Shown here: piece after piece, positions 10,480-24,069 of the stretch
Layout: each line of letters starts with the position of its first letter
Position numbering within the stretch: position 1 is the stretch's first letter
Assembly: GCA_002633005.1 (NCBI GenBank)
Contig: NMRA01000061.1
Coordinates: 867,652-928,544 of the forward strand
Length of the DNA stretch: 60,893 bases
Direction: 5' to 3'
Origin: Phoronis australis
Taxonomy: Eukaryota; Animalia; Phoronida
The notes under the pieces: generated by a model
What the model was told of the DNA's origin: nothing
Seen by the model: the letters and a program-made list of their open reading frames with translations, nothing else
Database searches by the model: none
Made by a program: the position numbers and the translations under genes

Positions 10480-11106
10480 ATGGGAAATTGTTTTTGCAAA
10501 AAGATGTTGTGAGCATGGGCTCTCCTCTGGGTCCCACTTTTTCGGAAATTTATATGTCTGAAGTGGAAAAAGGGCTAGCAATGTGATTGCTGGTATTCCT
10601 ATCTATGTACGTTATGTAGATGATATTTTCGTTTATTGTACTTTTGATGACTTGTTATCAGTAAGTGATGAACTTGAGCGTCACTCTGTCCTGAAGTTTA
10701 CCCACGAGCTTCCTTTAAATGACAAGATTCCGTTTTTGGACGTTCTTGTGAACCATTCTACATCTGAATTTTCTACAACAGTTCACCACAAGTCTACTGA
10801 TAAAGGTTTCTGTTCCCACGCCAAAAGTGAGTGCCCTGAGCGGTATAAGGTCGCCGTTGTGGTCAACTTCCTAAAGAGGGCGTATTCGGTGTCGTCCAAC
10901 TGGCTACTGTTCAATCAAGAGATAGATCGCATAAGACAAACACTGGTGAATAATGGGTTATACCAATGCTTTTGTAGATTTCTGTATTAAGCGATTTGTG
11001 TCCAGAATTAGTGATGAAGTCCCTGCATGTCGGACAAAAATGTCATGTCTAATAATTACATCCAAGACGAACACGCCATTAAGAAAATTATAAGGGATAA
11101 TGTTAA
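10480..11106 (+). mobile_element. Penelope-like retroelement, RT portion (degenerate)
   Basis: LQKDVVSMGSPLGPTFSEIYM, YVRYVDDIF, LKFTHE...IPFLDVLV, SECPERYK; frameshifted. Confidence 0.9.
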
Positions 11107-14100
11107 GAGTGACTCCATATAAAAACCAACAGGTAGAGTCTATACCCAAAATCACCGATTTTTTTGAAACTTAGCACATGAGTTTGGTTTGTTGAGATGT
11201 AGAAAAACCTCACTTTTTAAGAATTTTCATTCATTATTTTCCTTTTTATGTCCTGTACCCTCATTTTGCAACAAAATTGGGCGTCGAAGTAGGCATGTTT
11301 GAATGCGTTTTACTAGCATGTGTGGTAAGGTGAAAACAAATGAATAATACCAATGGAAAGGCCAATAACTGAATAATTTAATGGGATAACTTTCAAAATC
11401 CATTTTTAAATTTGTACGTTTTGAATTTGTGAGGCAAAAACGGCTCTTTTTCAGGTTTTCACTGAAGCCATTTTCGACCAAATTTGTCACACTGTAGCAG
11501 TCATAACGCACCTTTCCCGAAATTGACTTTATTATAATTTGTTCAGTCATCGCTAACCTGTTCATAATCTAAAATAAAAAAATCTTGCTTCTGATGTAGT
11601 TTTTGCGTACGAAGCATTACACGAACTGCACTGCGTCCTTTTGCATGTTCTCAGTTGCCTCTGCTGCCAATAGGGGGCTCTTGGAACATATAATTAGCTT
11701 GCGAAACACGACATCAAAACCTTGTATTTGGGAGAGAAGGCAGACAGCATTATTAATTGCCATTCTATGAAAACTGCATTGATTATTATTGCTTATTACA
11801 AAATATATGTACGTAAATCAACTGACAAGCGTGCTTATAAATGATAGATGGCGCTGCTTTTGTTTACGCGGAGACTGAAGAGTATCTAGAATAACAGCAG
11901 TAACACGAGGACCTTGCTATAATTCATGACTTCGCGAGATATTGCCCTGCATTTTAAATGAGAACACGGGGTTTTGGATAGATTTTAGAGAGGTTCTAGT
12001 GTTACTGAACTCACCCCTGCCTTGTTTTCTATCTGCCTTGTTCGTGCCACAGGCAAAGGAAGGCACCCAAGGTGGATATGGCCCCCTAGTGTTCAATGCA
12101 AAAAATCCTTCAACTTGTCAATAGTCATTGTAACTTTGGATTCGTATTGTAATGTCCTTGCTGGTTGCTACAAATTTTCGTCACCACCAGTCGCCAAAAA
12201 TCTGGTGTCCCGCCCACACATCGGGCACCAAAACGCCGAATATTTCTGACAGTGTGATCATCAGTGGTATAAAAAGGTACACATTCACATTCACAGTCAA
12301 TAGAAAATAATTCACGAGAGACAATTTTATTAATGACTCATTCATGACAGACATGAAGTAAGAGAAGTAACGGTCTCGACTTCACATATCACACATAGTG
12401 GTATGCTACAAAACTAGGCTAAACGTTGACCTCATTTACCACTTCATTCAATAAATCTGACGACATAACAGCATCTTCAGCAGAAATAGCATCGTAATAA
12501 ACATTGCTGCAGACAACCTCGAAAAAATCCACCAATCTGCGATTCACTTAGTATCACAGGTAAACACTTTCCCAGTGGGTTCTCGTAATGTTTTCTCCAT
12601 TTTGGCACTTCCGAAGGTGCACGTTTTTAACTGACTTATCTCCTTCATCGAATATGTTCGTCAGAAAGTTCTTAACCTTTGCTGAAAATCTTGTTGACAT
12701 TTTACCTTTTTTTAATGCCTAACCTATTGCTTCAGCATTCGTCTCATCCACACTGTACTCTGAGGCTGCCTCAAATGACGCTCCGGTTCTTGCATCTGAG
12801 AGCATTTCTGACCACTTTCGTGCGATGTGGTCATACGTGATTTCCCTCTGAAAATTTTCAGTGTGGTAACCCACATCCAAATGCTGACCTAGTTCTGCGT
12901 CTGTAGCAAAAATTTCGAGTAACCTTGCTGGTTACAAGGGAATTTTTGTTGAGACTCTTCACTAGATACAATGCCAACCTTAACTCCTGGTGTTGAAAAT
13001 CCGCTATGTCTAGAGATGTTAGTCATATCTCGAAACAGAAATGCCGGTAGAATTTGACAAGGCTACTACGTTCAGGAGGAGAGGAGCAGAGTGGTAACAT
13101 CCAGCATTACCTGACTCTTCCATGACTGGACTGTTCAGTCAGAAATTCACCGACTCTGGGTAGTACGAGTTCGTGCTCTGGCACAGATCTTGCTTTGTGA
13201 TGTACTTTCCTGTATCTCAAATGTTCAGTGGTGTCTTTGACATAACTCATTAAAGCACAAAGCTTTTGTGATCGGATTTTATGCAGAATAAACTCTAAAG
13301 GAACATGAAGACCCATCGTCCGCCATTTTGTCTTTTTAACATGCACTTGCTTCTCCCAAAACCAGTCATTACAAATATCAATTCTTACTCCTTTAATCTT
13401 AAAGGCATTTATATCCATTTAAAAGTCCTACAGAGTGTTTAAATTAACCTCATAATGTAAAAGAAATGAAAGAATACAAGAGGGTTACACGTACATTTTC
13501 TATATATCCTCATGCTTAACCTCAACTGAATCCCTCAGTGGGCAAATGTAATCGGGTTCAGTTTTGATACTAGCCGCGTAATAAACCCGAAAAACATCTT
13601 GTTTTCATTTGAAAGAGTTTAGACTTGGTTTCTATAACTATTTAAAGCAGACTTCTTGCCTAAAAGTTTGTTCAAATGGCCGGTCTGTAAACTCTTCTCG
13701 TCATTTCCAAATTATGAAAATAGACAGTTTTGCAAGACAATTTTCACTTAAGTGCAAAGTTGAGACAAGATTTTTTATTGCTTAGTCATCAAGACTAACT
13801 CTTTAACTGTATGTTCAAAACGTCACATAAGTCTATAAGGTGTTTTATGGCAGTAAGAAGGTCACAAAAATGGCCACTAACATTAGCTCCAAAAAGTGGT
13901 CTGTGGATTATCTCCCCTGTCTTGCACAAAACTGTTAGATTTTAGTAAATGACTCAGAATTATGCACACCATACGTTGGTTATTTCAGCCACCAAAATAT
14001 AGCTTTTGATCTATTTTGTATGTTACTCATTTTTGTTGCGGAAAACATGCGATTTTTGAGACGGCTAATATGCCCAATTGTGCCAATTTGTATTATCATG

Positions 14101-14253
14101 CTCCAGCGGCGAAATTAGGGGTCATTGAGTGCACAAAATTTGTCTTTTGGGTTTTTGTTAGGATACCTACCCATGTACAAAAATGAAAATGTTTTAAATT
14201 TTGACGTACAAACTGATTTTTGCAAATCTACTGGTTTTTAAATGGACTTCCTC
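11107..14253 (-). mobile_element. Sola3-like DNA transposon (3.15 kb) inserted into the Penelope element
   Basis: TIRs GAGTGACTCCATATAAAAACCA / revcomp GAGGAAGTCCATTTAAAAACCA; TSD TTAA/TTGA; decayed coding on the minus strand ~12520-12930 (HLDVGYH...IG*ALKK..TRFS..VKNFL..IF..G...SESQIGGFF). Confidence 0.75.
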
Positions 14254-14960
14254 TTGAAGTTTGTAAGCCTGATGAATACCTCGATGTTATTATTCATTAT
14301 CGGAATAGGACGTCCTCCAATTTGGCCATGAAAAATAACATTTCTAAAGCGAATGTCCGCCCCGTTGCACAGTGTAGTGTTGTTTATGTGTTTGTATTCC
14401 CTGTGAACGATTGTCTTCGTTCAAACGTGAAACAATGATACATTAGTCAAACGGTTTGCAGTCTTTCCTGTCGGTTATCCATGCATCTTCAAAATGGCGC
14501 CATCCAAGATCATTTTCTGCAATGTGATGAACGTAAAATCACTCGTCAAGAAAGTGTGAAAAACATGTCAATTCGCTACGTGGAGCAAGATGTGGTGTGT
14601 TTGAAAGTATTAGAGTCCCTTTTAATTGCTTTTGAGAAGCCTGTTTTGAATGAGCAGCAAACAGGGTCGCGCCGCACGTTACACTTTTTGCGTGACTTTC
14701 CTGTTACCATCCTTCATTAGTCATTCTTTGCAGTATTTCACACCCGCCCTGTCTCACTCTATGTGTCATCGGCTTGTGCTCTGTGGTGGCATTACTGCTT
14801 GAGAATGAAACAACTATGTTTCGAAATATCTTGTGTCTTTTAATTATGTCGCTAGTTAAGTTACTGTATCTATGTTCAGTTGAGAGTAGAGTTTCGTTCC
14901 GTAAGTACGAACGTAACGGAATAAAGACTGTGAACAATGAAAAGTGTTGTGCGTTAACAA
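14254..14960 (+). mobile_element. Penelope-like retroelement, GIY-YIG endonuclease and 3' end
   Basis: SVVYVF...YISQT..L..RLSMHLQNGAIQDH...LESLLI..EKPVLNEQ; continues the frame of 10480-11106 once the insert is removed. Confidence 0.88.
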
Positions 14961-15099
14961 ATTCTGAATAACCGAAAACTTGCTCCCGAAGTACAGCCAT
15001 ATATGTATGTATGCATGTTCATGGATGTATGTATTTAAGTATGTGTGTGTGTGTTAGAGTGCATGCGTATTCATGCGTGTATATATACGTATGTCATAC

Positions 15100-15383
15100 T
15101 TTTATTAATCTTTTAATGTCTGTTTTTAATTATTTATGTTTATACTTTTATTTTTGTTAATCATCTTGTCTTACTTTCTTTATCTTCTCTTTATCATACT
15201 TTATTTTTCATTTTGTTTCATTGGTCTTTCCGTGTTAATTTCTTATTCTTTACTGATTATCTTTCATTTTGTTAGTTTGTCTTACTGTCTGAATGTTTTT
15301 ACTGAGGGCCCCATGGATATCACTGTGTACTGATGGGACTACCCTCATTGTCAATATTACATTAATAAATAAAAAATAAATAA
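15100..15383 (+). repeat. Probable LINE/SINE 3' tail (T-rich UTR, stem-loop, A-rich tail)
   Basis: GAGGGCCCCATGG...ATGGGACTACCCTC hairpin followed by an (AATAA)n-like tail. Confidence 0.4.
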
Positions 15384-15389
15384 CAGTTG

Positions 15390-16190
15390 AGTACGCAAAA
15401 TGTGGTACACCTTTGGTTGAACATCGCAGTGAAGTGCAGTTGTCAACACAGAACGTGTGGTGATTATAAAGTTACTATGAACACAGTTTTATACGAGCAA
15501 CAGTACAAAATTCCTGCTGCTAATGATTTGTTAAACACGTTGTTAAGTGCTTCAGTCAGGCACACTTACTATTAGAAGTCGATCCTGGATCTCGCAGATT
15601 TCTGAATTTGAGTACGTTGCGTGATCTTAATGAACCTCGGAGATTACAGTTTGGTGCAGCCTTAGCTACTCACATTTTCCAGTCGGTAATGGAGTCAATG
15701 CTGAGACGCATTGAAGGAGTGGGGGTATATCTTGATGATATTTGCATTGCATCTAAATCTGTTGAACTCTGAAACTACTTCTAGCTCGACTTAAACAACA
15801 TGATGTCAAACTTAATCGTGAGAAAAGTGAATTCATGAAATCTAGTGTGAAATATTTGGTTAAGATTATTGACAAAACAGGTATTCATCATAAGCGATAG
15901 AAATTTGACTCAATTGTAAATGCCCCTACTCCCACAAATGTCAAGGAATTGCAAGCATTCTTGGGTACAGTTCTATGCAAAATTCTCGAGTCCTCCGGAA
16001 GGTAACTTGTCTACTATCTTGTACTCCTACTTGATTGTTCTTCCGCGTAGGTATATGAAATTTGTAAGGGGGAAGATTGCCAAGATGCTTTTGACAAGTG
16101 TGAGTCACTGATTACGTCTGATAAAGTGTTAGTACACTATACCCCGATAACAGAAAATATTTTAGAATGTGGGGCTTATATCTTAGCATC
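15390..16190 (+). pseudogene. Decayed Gypsy reverse transcriptase fragment
   Basis: RTCGDYKVTMN..L..QQYKIP..NDLL, GVYLDDICI, later LVHY; many stops and frameshifts. Confidence 0.8.
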
Positions 16191-16378
16191 TGATATATTA
16201 AAGACTATTAATCTCTTAAGATGTGTTAATAAAACAAAATTAGACACAGGTTCATGGTGGAAACCGACAACATCGGACTCTATTTCACAAAGGTACATGT
16301 ATGCATGGCACAAAGTTGCTTTTACACGTATGTCCACTTTATACATTAAGATTGTATGGGTTAACAGACTTACATGTA

Positions 16379-17610
16379 TGAGGGTCGTTCAATAAGTTCT
16401 GGGCTCCACCCAGAAACAACGCAATAGCAACTAATTTTGACTTTTATTTTTCAATATAATCTCCCGTTTTATCAATACATTTCTTCCATTTGTGCTCCAG
16501 TTTTGCAATGCATTCGTAAGAGAAACTTTTGTCGAGCCCCTCAAAATACTCCTTCACTTCACTCATGACGTCATCATCGCTCACATAATGGCGTCCACGC
16601 AGGTAGACTTTCAAATGTGGAAACACATAAAAATCAGGTGGGACCAGCTCTGGAGAATAGGCTAGGTGCAGAAGGATTTTAAAGCCATATCTAGCTCTTT
16701 CAGCCGCCGCAAGTTGGGCAGTATGGGCAGGTGCGTTGTCATAAAGCAACAGAACTCCATCCCGAAATTTCCCGCGTCTCTTTTCCTTGATTGCTTTTTT
16801 GAGTTTTTTTCCAAAAGTGATATATTATAATTCCCAGAAACAGTATGCCCTCTTTGCAAGTAGTCGATCATCAGAATACCTTCTCTTTCCCATAACACAG
16901 AGGCCAATAACTTTGCTTACAGAGGCACCCAACTTGAACTTTCTCGGGCTAGGGGAATCCACGTGTTCCCATTGTTTTACTTTGTTGTTATTATTCTGGA
17001 TCAAAATGGTAGACCATGTCTCATCCTGGGATTCAAATCTTTTGAAAAATTTGGCTGGATCTGCTTGGAATCTTCCTAGAAGGTCTTTTAAAATTTGCAT
17101 TCTGCTCATTTTCAGATCCTGAGTTAACATTCTCAGCTCACTCACGCACAGATCTTCACTCAAAATTTTAGAGACGGACTCATTGCTGATGCGAACAGTG
17201 TTTTCCAAATGTTGAACAGTCATTCGCCTATCTTTCACAACCACTGCATGAATTTTCTGCACAGTTTCACTGGAGGTCGATCATTTGGGACGTCCTGGAT
17301 GAGGGTCATGTTCAACGCTTCCTTTACCCTTCCTGAAACAAGCTTACCACTTTTTTACTGTGGAGTAGCACGGGGAGTGGTTTTTGCATCTCATCATGAA
17401 TATCTTTTGGTTTTATTTCTTTTTTGCCTAAAATACTTTACGACGGTTCTCGTCTCCGTTGTTTCCAAGCAGCTAAATTTGTTGTAGTCTGTAGTTTTGA
17501 AGCTGCGCCACCTATTGGCAGGTGACCGTACCAATTTAGCATGAACGCAGTACTATTATAAAAGAGGAAATTTTACTACGTATAAGCCGGCTAAAGCGAA
17601 CTTATTAACG
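16379..17610 (-). mobile_element. Mariner (DD34D) transposon, decayed
   Basis: TA plus TGAGGGTCGTTCAATAAGTT left TIR, degenerate AACTTATTAACG right end; QDETW, LYDNAPAH-x-YSPELVPPDFYVF with D34D spacing; frameshifts. Confidence 0.9.
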
Positions 17611-17740
17611 GAGAGCAGTAATCGGAAGAAAAAACCCAAAAATCCCACACCAGTCAGTCACGAGGTGTAGTACAAATTCTGTGCCTAAAAGCCTGTATTG
17701 AGCGGTAACACCTACAAATTTGGATCCTACAATATATTAA

Positions 17741-20030
17741 GAGTCACAGCTACCAATTTAGACCTACAGTATATAGAGGCCTATGTAATTCAAGCGCGCA
17801 AAAACGCACACCACCCACACATGGGTTCTGTGATTGCTAAAGCTCGCGTCTTTGAACAGATGTCGTTATTTCCGTGGACAGCACCTTTTTTAATTCTCGA
17901 ATTTACACTTTAGCGAAGGCACTTTCATCACTTTCACCTGATTCATACTGCCACCAATAGATGGCAGCAAAGCAGAAAATATGAAAATATGATCCAAATT
18001 TGAAGTAAATCGTAATAAAAAATCATATTAAATTTTATTTAAGATAAGCAGAATTGCTTCGAGCTTTCGTTTAGCGAAATAGTGCGTTATTGACATCTAG
18101 CTAAGAAACGAATGAGGTTCACGAAAATAGGTCGTGCTCTGAAGGAAAATGGCAAAGCCGCTGTGTTACTTAAAACAAAGATATTATTAAATACCTGAAA
18201 ACTGTCAACGCACTAAATCACTTGGAAGAATGGCAGTTGATTGGCAATCTGGCACGAAAAGGAGTGTGCGAGCCAAAGGAACTGGCCAGTCTGTTAGAAC
18301 ATCTGTCCAAAGCCCGTATGTGGCAGTATCCAGGTTGTAAGCCAAGGTGTACGTTTGCAGCCTCAGGAATGCAAAGGATGATCACCACTCAATCCCAGGA
18401 CTACGTCAACTTAATAACTTCTCATTTGAAAGTGAGCTACATAACAATTCATAGTATGGGCTGTATACAATTACATAGACTACTTTTTCTCAGAAATCTC
18501 ACTGATTTTATACCATCTGAGAACTAGTTTCAGCTGTGAATGTGGTCTGACAAAAAAGTTAAATATTTGATGGAATGGAATATTCTTTCACAGCTTGATT
18601 TTTAAATAGGACTTGTGCTCTAATGCTTACAACAAAGTTAACTATTTCAACAAGAAAAGTGGTTGCTTGGAAACCATATGGGATCGGAGATGGGGTGGTT
18701 TTGGAGAATCCTGCTTCTGATTGCAAACCAGTGCAAGCCCAATCTCAATAGGCAACTGACACACCACAGGTTGTCATTGTTGGTCTAGTTCATTGTCACT
18801 CCCTGTAACTGACTGTATCTGTGCTTCATTACTTGTTGCTGGGCCTAGCTAGGTGGCCACTGTATTATGACTTCTGAGGATGGTGTTTAATAAATGACAC
18901 CGAAACATGTCAAGTTTAAAACCCGTTGTTGTTTTCGTGAACATATGCTGTTACTTGCTATCATGGAGAAACCAGTGGAACTAATGGTTGAGAAATCTCA
19001 TGTTGCATCCTCATTGAGACTTTTCACTAGTCTCAGCAATCGAAAGACGAAGATATTCCTGTTGTCCAAAAGATGGCTGTAACAACGCTTTTGCCTCTTG
19101 AAACGAACTCAGGCAGCAAGTTAGCATGGGCTAGCATGATAAACAACACTTGATTATCATCGCTGATGTGGGAAGAAAGTGGGCTGCCAAAGTCACAGGT
19201 ATAGAAGGTGAAGTTCATGATCTAACAGCATGCTCGTTGAACTCAACTTGGCATCACAAATCCATAAGTTTGACATATAACATTTGTTGTGCAATTTAGT
19301 CAATGACCGTTCCAAGTTGGCTTAATAGTCAACATGGAAATGCGCTGTGTGATGTTCTATATTACAACCCAACAAAAAGTGAAGGTGTTGTGGAACATGC
19401 TACTCAACAGCCTACGCAGCCATGGCTTGGACATTCGCACAAATTTAGGCTGGATTTTTGACGTGGATTAATGTATCAATCAGACCAATCAAACAGCACA
19501 ACCTTCTCACTTATGACCACAGAATTTGGATTTTGTACACTCATTTTGTTAATTCACAAAATATGGCTACCCATCCAATAAGCATGGCTCCTGGTGTTGC
19601 ATCCAGCTTTGTTACCTTTAAACACTCCTCACGCACTCTTTCCTGAGTCATGCACATGATTATTAGTCGCGTGAGTTTTTGAACTGCTTGGTTGCAAAAG
19701 CTGTGTTTGATTTGTGTGAACAGGGATCAGCTTACAATTAGGTGTGTGCGTAGTCTTCACGAGTGTTTGACAATTGTTGTTCTGGTAGACTGCCAATGGA
19801 CTAGATAACAAATTCTATCTTATTGGGTTTTACATTTGCAGGTGTAAAAATGCAGGCAGCTAGTACCTAAGCAGCAGGAGAGTCATACAGCACAATGGGA
19901 TGGGCTCTGAAGTCAGCATAAAGGTCTGAAATAATGACTGAAAGCGTAAAGATGTTTTTGACTGATGCGTTCAACGAAGGCATGAAAACTTGTCAAAAAG
20001 CGATCCAGTGAGGTGTTCCCAACAATCGAG
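17741..20030 (+). mobile_element. Second Sola3-like transposase remnant
   Basis: TTAA+GAG possible left end; fragments IPGLRQLNNFSFE, VVAWKPYGIGDG, MGWALKS...VKMFLTDAFNEGMKT resembling the 12.5-12.9 kb remnant; right end not found. Confidence 0.45.
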
Positions 20031-23000
20031 AAACGCAGGACACAATCATAGAGCTACTGTTTGAATATCTTGAGCAGTATCCATGTAGATCGTAATCATC
20101 AGTGTTACTGTATTCTTGTTGTGCACCTTATGATATGTCTATTGCTATGAAGTAATGTTGCAAGTGAGTTTGATTCCATGATATTTTCTGTGAAATTACT
20201 TCTCACGCCAAGTGTCCCTTGAACTGTCATTTCCAGGTTATTTGTATACATTAATATACAGTACAAGCCAAACGTATCCTGACAAAATAACCCGGAATTC
20301 CTTGCCATGACAGCTGGGGCAAAAGTAGTCAAAGTGGTCTTCCTTAGTGACTGAAAATGAAGGGAAACACGAAAGTTAGTATTGTGGCTAAGACATTCTG
20401 TAATTAGCTGTGGTAATACTTATTACCAGTCACTTTTGGATTAACAGGACAAGCCATCAAGTGGGGCAAAGGTTTATATTGTCTGACTACTTTAGCCTTG
20501 TTCTGTGTGACTGTTTGCAAGCATGCGTTTGCAAGCATGCGTGTGTAGGCCCATTATGCTGTCATCCTGTTCTTCTTGTCTGACATCTGCTGCTGCATCT
20601 CCAAATCCTTGGTGAATGTGAATTGTGAGTTTTGGGATGTATTTGACTATCACTGGGCCCCTAGTGGCAACTTTACTTTTCCATGTTAGCCTCTTTATCT
20701 AGCAAGTTCCATGACTGATTTTCAGCAAATTTCGCAAATAAGTTTCAGTTATGGAGACAACCACGTATTCCTGCTTCCTGGCGTACCTATGTAATCTGTA
20801 CTGAAATGTTGCCATTGAGATGAGCACGACTGACACTGATTGTTGATTGGACGATCTCCTATGGTGCCCTTTAATGGCAGTGCTGTAGGGGTAAAATTAA
20901 AGGTAAGTTGGCGCCCAAAGCCCACCGTATCACCTTGAGAACTGAACGTAACTTATGGTGCGTAGGCACTACGTTCAAATGCCAAAAGGTGGTTGGTTGC
21001 TCCTGCCTGGGCCCACTCGCCACTACAACACTGCTTAATGGCAATTTAGGTTTTCTTTATGTATGCCTCTATATCTACCAAGTTTCTGGGTGTATTTTCG
21101 TACAATATGGTAAATTTGTTTCTGTTGAGAAAATGAGAACAAACTGCTATTTTCGGCTGGATTTAAAATATTCTGTGCCAATAAAGATTATTATTTCTGG
21201 CAGCAGCTTGGCTGTCCTTGACATTGCTGGAGGATAGTTCTGAAATTTTGCTAAAGTGTTCCTATTGAGATGATCACGACTGACAGGTTTTCTGATGGGT
21301 GCAATCACCGAGGCACCCGGAGTGGCGATTTGTTTGTTTACAAAGTTCTGTTGATGAATGTGGGTGCAATTTGATGTATGTGTTACACTATTGAGGAGAG
21401 TATGCCCGGCATAAATTTTAGGACATGTCTGAGTGCTGTGGCGTCCTTTAGCGGTTCTGTATCAACAAAGTATCTTGATGTGTGGAATTTGGCAAGAATG
21501 TGACAGCGATTGTCTTGTTTCAGACGAATATAACGTATGCTGCGCTACCTAGAGGTTTTTTATTTATGTATTACATGTTATTAACATCCCTGGAAGCATA
21601 CTGCCAGAGATGCAATCTTGGGCACTTTCCGTTTTTCCTGTTTTTGTATGATGTTGTCAAAGCATTGCAGTGTGATGTACATGTAGACTATGGTTTCATT
21701 TTTACTTCTTTTCATCAAAGATCTCGATACCCAAAACACACATATGCACTATAATCAATTTACAGGTGGGAAACTAAAATGTCCTATCCATAGATCGATG
21801 TCAATCATGACCAAAGGCTGCGTTGTATAAATTTCCTGTGTAACAAATACTGCATTGATGTGTTTTTGTATGTGTTGCAAGTCAAAGCTTCCATGAGTAT
21901 TAGATAATAAATCACTTAAGTTCACCGATGCCTTGCGTAAAATAATTTGACATTTTCGTAGTATGTCTGTATTTTAAATTCATAGCACCACTGCAATTGC
22001 CCCTTTTGAAATTCTGGACCTGCTAGTGGTTTGCATCTGATGCCAAGATTAACCAATGACAATCCTAGCCCTATGTAGTACATCTCGAATTCATGTTGTG
22101 TTAGGGATGTTGTATCATCACGGTTGGAATCTTCTGGTCCATTCTCACCTGAACCTGCAATGCTTCATCGAATCTACGCATCAGTCCTTTGCTATCGTCA
22201 TCACTAAAATGGAAGTCCCGGTCATAATTGTAAATACAACTGGCTGAAGCGTTGCTTCAAGAACTGTTGAGTGGGGGTTGGCGAAAACACTCTTATAGGA
22301 ATGGCAATAGCCAATATAGGTTTTCCGTGCATTGCATGATTAGCCAAAAATGCAGGATTTCTCAAAGTCACACGCTTGGGCGTGCCCTAAAATCAGGGGT
22401 GTATTTAGGGGGACAAGGGGACCGTGGCCCCCCTAAAACTCCACCAGATACCATTTGGCAATTCGGGTGCGAATCGCTGACTAGCAAACGTGCACAACCA
22501 GGGGGCTCGTGGGTTTAATAAACAATGCATAGGCCTGAACAAACCCAGTTTCCNAACATCGATGAGCTAAAAACTACAAACATTGGTATTGATATACTGG
22601 GTGATTTACAATCGCTGATCAAAGTTAACAATATCACTTCACGTGGATTATTCTTTTGATATACAACTAAGCTAGATTGAAACATCTATGAACAATGCAC
22701 AATGACTAAATTAGACATCGCTTATGGCCCAGTGCATGCCGAACTACTTTACTCCAGGAGTAGTACACTAACCAGAAAATTGCTATTCGAGGAAATGCGC
22801 CAGTTTTGATTGTTACCTTGAAGTTGTAATGGAACATCTGTGAAGACAACTAAGATGGCTAGCTTTGTAGACAACGAGAGAGTGTAAGCAGTGGATGAGG
22901 TTGGTCGGTGGGCAAGAGCTGTGATTTCATTTTTATGGACTGAGGAAAAGGTAGAATTGTTATGTAGTTACTGCAACCAAAATTTCCAGAAGTTCCAAAT

Positions 23001-24069
23001 TTTCAGTTTAGCTATCAACATATTTGCACATTTGTATATAATATTTTATGATTTGAGTTCTAATTAAGATTGAACTCGAAGTAATGGCACGTGGAGTTTT
23101 GTTTGCTGTGACATGTTTGGTGTAGCAGTAATCAGGAAAATTCAGGGATGGGTTCACAATTAACTGACCTCTAAGTTGTTTTGATGCTTCGGTTAAACAC
23201 AAAATAAAAAGATAGCAACCCTAACCAGTAAGATAAAAACAAGTGGACAGGAGTATTAAAATAAAGTAATGAAAACAGGTATGATACATATTTAAAGCCA
23301 ACATTCCTTTGGGAAGTTGCCCTTTGTCAAGATCAACTCAAATTAAGTTATGGGTCTTTTTATAATATTTAAAATGTACTTTTAAGTTAAAACTGCTCTC
23401 CATATTGCAGACTTTAACTCTGTGCAAATGCCAGAGAAAAACAATTTGGGTGTAATAACGACCGCCATTGTTAAGAAAGTGGTGCTAGCTATTACCTTTT
23501 CACTAACTCAGATCTACATCAATACAAAGGGCGTGCTGAATAGGGATCGTAAAAGTTGTCTGGTTCCTAGGGACTCAGAGTGGTGACCAGTGTAAGCGAG
23601 AAATTCTCCACATTAGCTACTGCCGATAAAAATTTTCTGAGTCCCCGTTTTGCGAGTGCTTTTGCGGAAATTTCCGGAAAACTTTCTCTACAATGAGCAT
23701 ATACATAGCTAGTAATTTGGCATTTTGGAGTAGAGAATACGGATATTTTTCGGAAAAGTACATGTATTCATGAACGTCACCTTACACGTATTTTAAAAGA
23801 TAACGTGAAGGTGACACACGAATTCTGTATTGGTGTTAAATTGTTTATTAAGTCTGCTAATAGGCCTATATTTGATATGTAGACGACCATACTTTTTCAG
23901 TCATCAAAACCACAGCTGTACATCACGGCACCATTACTTCTTGAAGTCACTGTACTTTCCTTGACTTTGCTGAATCTTCTTGCCTCGGCTATTTCTTTCT
24001 AACATTTTTTGTTGTTTGAACGTCGTCTTCAATATGCCAGCAGGTTTGTCCTACCCTACCGTCCATGTC

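Noticed and set aside
15136-15333. Hydrophobic 65-aa ORF as a membrane protein
   Set aside because: T-rich low-complexity retroelement tail.
11666-17969. CTCF-like motifs (GCCAATAGGGGGC, ATAGATGGCGC, CCAATAGATGGCAGC)
   Set aside because: Short matches inside transposons; function cannot be inferred from sequence.
20100-22250. Possible decayed minus-strand gene with a short internal repeat (20806-20870 / 21256-21320)
   Set aside because: No recognisable domain or consistent exon chain.
22855-23010. Myb/SANT-like fragment (LWTEEKVELL) of a Harbinger accessory gene
   Set aside because: Too short and interrupted to support a call.
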